Source: a bacterium
Lineage (GTDB): Bacteria; UBA8248
DNA: 64,000 nt
Reading direction: 5' to 3'
NCBI GenBank assembly: GCA_965261085.1
Contig: OZ253442.1
Location: 1,888,001 to 1,952,000 of the forward strand
This document shows positions 60,073 to 64,000 of this stretch, in pieces. Each line of letters begins with the position of its first letter. Position 1 is the first letter of the stretch. The notes beneath the pieces were generated by a model, which searched no databases, had not been told where the DNA came from, and saw only the letters and a list, made by a program, of their open reading frames with translations. Made by a program: the position numbers and the translations under genes.

Positions 60073-60471
60073 ATGCCTTTTTATGAAATCGAGGGAATGA
60101 AGGAAAACAACAGCAAAACGAATCCCAAAGTCAGGGCGAAAAGCGTTGTGGGCGAATTCATGAAAGTGGGTATCGTGACGAAGCCGGAGGGTGAAGGTCC
60201 TCCGCTGCACATGCACCCGAATGAAGAGCAGTTCACACTTATTCTGGATGGCAAGCTGCACTATATACTGGGAGAGGAAGACAAGATTGTAGAGCATGGG
60301 GATTTGATTCACATTCCCAGGCACACGAATCACAGAAGCCGGGCTGTTGATGGAGAAGCCACCTTTTTCACCGTCAAGTTCCCTGCCGGAACGGGGGAAC
60401 TCGATGAGGATTACAACATGGCGCAAGGAGCCGAGGAAGCAGAAAAGAAATATCCCGGAACCTCGGCATAA
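60073..60471 (+). CDS. Cupin domain protein
   Basis: PLHMHPNEEQ, HIPRHTNH. Confidence 0.88.
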   Translation: MPFYEIEGMKENNSKTNPKVRAKSVVGEFMKVGIVTKPEGEGPPLHMHPNEEQFTLILDGKLHYILGEEDKIVEHGDLIHIPRHTNHRSRAVDGEATFFTVKFPAGTGELDEDYNMAQGAEEAEKKYPGTSA

Positions 60472-60495
60472 CATGAGATTGCATGGTTATTTCCG

Positions 60496-60954
60496 ATGAA
60501 AGAAAAGTATTTTGAGGATTTCAAGGTCGGCGAGAAGTTCCATACGGCAGAAAAAACACTCTCCACGGAAGAAATCATAGAGTTTGCCAAGTTATATGAC
60601 CCGCAGCCATTCCATATCGATGAGGAAGCAGCGGCCGCGTCTCCATATGGCGGCATCATCGCCAGTGGGTTTCATACGATAGGCACGTCGTTTCGTCTGT
60701 TTATCGATACGGGTGTTATCGGGACCACGGGGATGGGTTCACCCGGCATGGATTCCGTCCGCTGGATAAAACCCGTTCGTCCTGGAGACACCTTGCGTGT
60801 CGAGGCGGAAGTCCTTGAGGCGAGAGCGTCCCGTTCGACTTCTGGCCGCGGGATCATCCTCATGGATTTCAGGACGTTCAACCAGGAAAACGAACTGGTG
60901 CTCTCATTGCGGGGCGTGCATTTGGTGCGCAGACGAGATGACGGAAATATATAG
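60496..60954 (+). CDS. MaoC family dehydratase
   Basis: YFEDF, YDPQPFHID, IASGFHT, PVRPGDTL. Confidence 0.92.
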   Translation: MKEKYFEDFKVGEKFHTAEKTLSTEEIIEFAKLYDPQPFHIDEEAAAASPYGGIIASGFHTIGTSFRLFIDTGVIGTTGMGSPGMDSVRWIKPVRPGDTLRVEAEVLEARASRSTSGRGIILMDFRTFNQENELVLSLRGVHLVRRRDDGNI

Positions 60955-61086
60955 GCAAGGCGTATGTGATACGTTTGCGCCCGACTCTTCTGGTTTCAGC
61001 CAGTGAGGATAGGCTCCTCCTCGACTGTCTATGAATCGAAAATGCTGTCGCCCGTCGTTTCAGGAAATGTGCAAAATCCCCGATTT

Positions 61087-61740
61087 TCAGTGGTGGGCAT
61101 GCGTCATCGCCGCCATGATCGCTTGTTCTATTTCCATAATCGCCCCACTGACTTCACGGCCGATGAGATCCAACTTGCGAATCTGATCGATACGAGGACG
61201 GATCCGATGAATCTCCTTGCCGGAAAACACGTCACGCAGAATGTTGCATGCATCAGCAAGGCAGATAATAGCGACATCTTTTGGATCTGGAGTTTCATCC
61301 GATAGTAATACGCCGGTGATGCGCAGCTTCACTTCACGCTCGGCGCGGCCATCGATCATCGGATATCTCCGCGCCCGGAAGACCCAAAGGAACTTTTCCT
61401 CCTGGGATTCCAGAATGCCGTTGTCGATCAGGCTGGACAATGACTGATTGCGGATTTCTGTAGCCTCCCGGGAAATTGTTTCAATCCAGGCCTTTGTATC
61501 CCTGGTTTCGGTGGAACCCGCAATGCTGTCGAGAATCCGGTCATGCACCGGGTGGCCGATCGGGTTTTTATCCAGAACCATCAACTGGTTGGGGTCGGTG
61601 TCGATGCGGTTTGCAAATGCCAGATCCATTAGCACCGCGCCCGCGAGCACATATCCCATCGTGCTTTCGCGAATGGGTAGGAACGAACCTTTCTCGTCAT
61701 CCAACATCAGCAACAGGATTTCATCGACAAATGTCAGCAT
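61087..61740 (-). CDS. GPP34 (GOLPH3/Vps74-like) family protein
   Basis: EILLLMLDDEKG, LAGAVLMDLA, LIDNGIL, FLWVF...RYP. Confidence 0.75.
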   Translation of the reverse strand: MLTFVDEILLLMLDDEKGSFLPIRESTMGYVLAGAVLMDLAFANRIDTDPNQLMVLDKNPIGHPVHDRILDSIAGSTETRDTKAWIETISREATEIRNQSLSSLIDNGILESQEEKFLWVFRARRYPMIDGRAEREVKLRITGVLLSDETPDPKDVAIICLADACNILRDVFSGKEIHRIRPRIDQIRKLDLIGREVSGAIMEIEQAIMAAMTHAHH

Positions 61741-61751
61741 GGAGTGCTCCT

Positions 61752-62090
61752 TTATGAAACCGCCGCGAGGGCTGCCTCACGGGTGTCGTGGCAATCGATT
61801 ACGGTATGGAAACCGCTGGTTTCTATCACTGACTTGCAATCGGGCTGTAGCGAGCAGATCATCAATTTGCCGCCGTTTTGCTGGCATTTTCTGGCGCCTG
61901 TGAGAAATATGCGCAGCCCGGCGCTGCTGACGTATGTCATTCCTCCGCAATCAAGCAGGACATGCACATCACCACGATCGACGATTTCCGAAATCCGGTT
62001 TTCCAGTTCCGGTGCGGTGGTGCCGTCGACACGCCCTTCAATGTTAATGACGATCACAGAATCCGCTTTTTCTTCCCCGATATTCATCAT
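61752..62090 (-). CDS. STAS domain anti-sigma factor antagonist
   Basis: GRVDGTTAPEL; YVSSAGLR phosphorylatable Ser motif. Confidence 0.92.
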   Translation of the reverse strand: MMNIGEEKADSVIVINIEGRVDGTTAPELENRISEIVDRGDVHVLLDCGGMTYVSSAGLRIFLTGARKCQQNGGKLMICSLQPDCKSVIETSGFHTVIDCHDTREAALAAVS

Positions 62091-62264
62091 GGCGTGATGT
62101 TCTCCTGAATGGCTAGCGCAATTTAGTGTTCATTTCAAATGTAGTCCAACGTCTAGTTGCTTGCAACTCATTTTTTTTCCCGCGAGGACACTCTCACAAT
62201 TATTGATTCCAGAATGAAGGGCCGACTATTTTGTCAATTTTCCCTCACAAAATGTCAAAATGTT

Positions 62265-63161
62265 TTACTCGTTGAAAACCAGAATAATCGTACCCAGAAA
62301 GATGGTAAGCGCACCTGCAAAGACGCGCCAGTTCATTTTCTCTTCTGACTGGAGAAAAACCCACGATATCGCGATAACGAACAAAGGCCTTGATTGTGAG
62401 ATGGGGAAAGCATAGACAACGGGTGCATGTGCCAGCGCGAGATATAAAAACGTGACGCCGAGGCTTGCCGACAGACCGGCCAAAAGTAGAAATTTCCAGT
62501 TGCTTGGGGTCCAGTTTTTGATTTCGCTTATTTTTCCTTTGCGGAAGAGGAAAGGCAAAAAAGCTGCTACCGCAAAAATGTTGGAATAAAAGTTCGCCTC
62601 GTTGGCGGAGGTGAAGAACCTCACCGATGGCCGCACAAGCACCGCGGCCGCTCCAAAGGCCAGTGCGCAACCGAGAGCCAATCCCATTCCGATGTACGGG
62701 TTTCTCGGGGATTCCCCCCCTTGATGATTGGCATGACTCCTGGCAATGAAAATGTATCCACCAAACACCAGGAGGGCGCCCAGTCCGATGGTTGATGTAA
62801 GCGCTTCTCCCAGCAAGGTGACGCCAAGGAAAACGGCGAATATCAGATTCGTCGCGACGATGGCGCTCGTACGTGCGGACCCGATGTGTTGCGTGGCTGC
62901 GAAGAGCATAGTACGCGCAACGCAGACTCTGAAAATCCCCGCGATGGCGATGAAAAGAAGAGGCCAGCCGAAACCCGGCCAAGGGTCAAAAAAATCTCCT
63001 CTCAAAACGGAGACAGTCCAGAGAATGGGGAGACCGATGACAGCGGTGAAGGCTGTCCCCGTGATGGGATTTATGCCACGAACCGCGAAGCGTCCGAAGA
63101 TATCCCTTAGCGCAAGCAGAATTGCTGATATGAGGGCGTATACGGCGGCTGTCTCAAACAC
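62265..63161 (-). CDS. DMT/EamA family transporter
   Basis: About ten TM segments in two repeats; LLGE and SEEK loop motifs. Confidence 0.88.
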   Translation of the reverse strand: MFETAAVYALISAILLALRDIFGRFAVRGINPITGTAFTAVIGLPILWTVSVLRGDFFDPWPGFGWPLLFIAIAGIFRVCVARTMLFAATQHIGSARTSAIVATNLIFAVFLGVTLLGEALTSTIGLGALLVFGGYIFIARSHANHQGGESPRNPYIGMGLALGCALAFGAAAVLVRPSVRFFTSANEANFYSNIFAVAAFLPFLFRKGKISEIKNWTPSNWKFLLLAGLSASLGVTFLYLALAHAPVVYAFPISQSRPLFVIAISWVFLQSEEKMNWRVFAGALTIFLGTIILVFNE

Positions 63162-63214
63162 CCCCGCATTATAGAAAAGTGTACGTGCGCATCAAAGCGC
63201 TTTTGGTCTGTTCG

Positions 63215-64000
63215 TTAAACTCTCAGTACGGAAGCTGGGTGTTGCGCGCGTTCGAGGACGAAGTCGGCCATCAGCGGCCAGGGATCGAAGCCGATGACAT
63301 TTTGCGCATCGTCCACGAAATTGGAGAGTGCGTTGATGTCGTAATAATATATTTCCCCATCTTTATCATTGACCAAATACTCGACGCCGCCGACTTCTAT
63401 GCCGGCTTTCCGCATGATTTTCTCGACCGTATTTATTACTTGTTGCGGGGGTGTGATTTTCTCAACCAAAGCATTCCTACCGTTCACGCCACACGCAATT
63501 TCTTCGTTTCGGCGGCAATAACTGCCCGGGCAGAGATTAAAGGAGTTCGGGTCCACCAATGCCAGTTGAATCGCATAAAGAAACTCACCATTTAGAATTT
63601 CGACTCGGATAATTTGCTCTCCACGCGGCGGAATGTATTCCTGAACGAGAGCCACATTGTCGATGCCAAAATCGATGCTCGCTTCATCCGCCGCCTTTTG
63701 GAGTTCTTGGGGCGTATCATATTTTTGTATCCCGGCGCCGCTTCCGCCAATGTTCGCCTTCGTGATGATAGGGAAGCTGAATCCCTCGGCCGCCGAAGGG
63801 GCCTGCGAGGGATGGTTTATCACCCGTGACTTCGGGTGATTGACGCCCAGGTTCTTGAGTAGACGGGTTTGCCGCACTTTTGAGAATTCATGGAGATAGG
63901 CCTCATAGCCGTTGATCACGTTGGCGCCAATCGCTTGGAGATGCGCGCAATATTCGAGCGTGTAGGGAATCGCATGTGTATGCCCGCGCGCCCATGCAGA
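63215..64000 (-). CDS. ATP-grasp domain protein (RimK/glutathione synthetase-like), 5' partial
   Basis: KANIGGSGAGI, LVQEYIP, GGVEY, YDINALSNF; frame open to the window edge. Confidence 0.85.
   Translation of the reverse strand, partial: SAWARGHTHAIPYTLEYCAHLQAIGANVINGYEAYLHEFSKVRQTRLLKNLGVNHPKSRVINHPSQAPSAAEGFSFPIITKANIGGSGAGIQKYDTPQELQKAADEASIDFGIDNVALVQEYIPPRGEQIIRVEILNGEFLYAIQLALVDPNSFNLCPGSYCRRNEEIACGVNGRNALVEKITPPQQVINTVEKIMRKAGIEVGGVEYLVNDKDGEIYYYDINALSNFVDDAQNVIGFDPWPLMADFVLERAQHPASVLRV

Overview
Bacterial chromosomal window, mostly metabolic and housekeeping genes: sdhAB, a TRAP transporter, queC, priA, metX, hpnE, a cold-shock protein, ilvD, a sirtuin, tRNA-Asn(GTT), tRNA-Val(CAC), and many hydrolases and oxidoreductases. 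I found no CRISPR array, integrase or transposase. Main observations: (1) four genes split by the ORF track have an in-frame TGA at the catalytic-Cys position followed by a SECIS-like hairpin, so they are probable selenoproteins (a UxxC redoxin, two DsbA/FrnE-like proteins and a DUF442-like protein). (2) The Sec-redoxin heads a tightly coupled four-gene operon with a cytochrome b, a small membrane protein and a Tat-exported MsrP-like molybdoenzyme. (3) One protein joins an acidic repeat region to a C-terminal domain resembling archaeal/eukaryotic ribosomal protein eL13. (4) A Nudix-HpnC-HpnD triple fusion lies upstream of hpnE. (5) MetX carries a C-terminal NIL-like domain. (6) There are three tandem acetamidase/formamidase paralogs. 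All family calls come from reading motifs by eye; no database searches were run.
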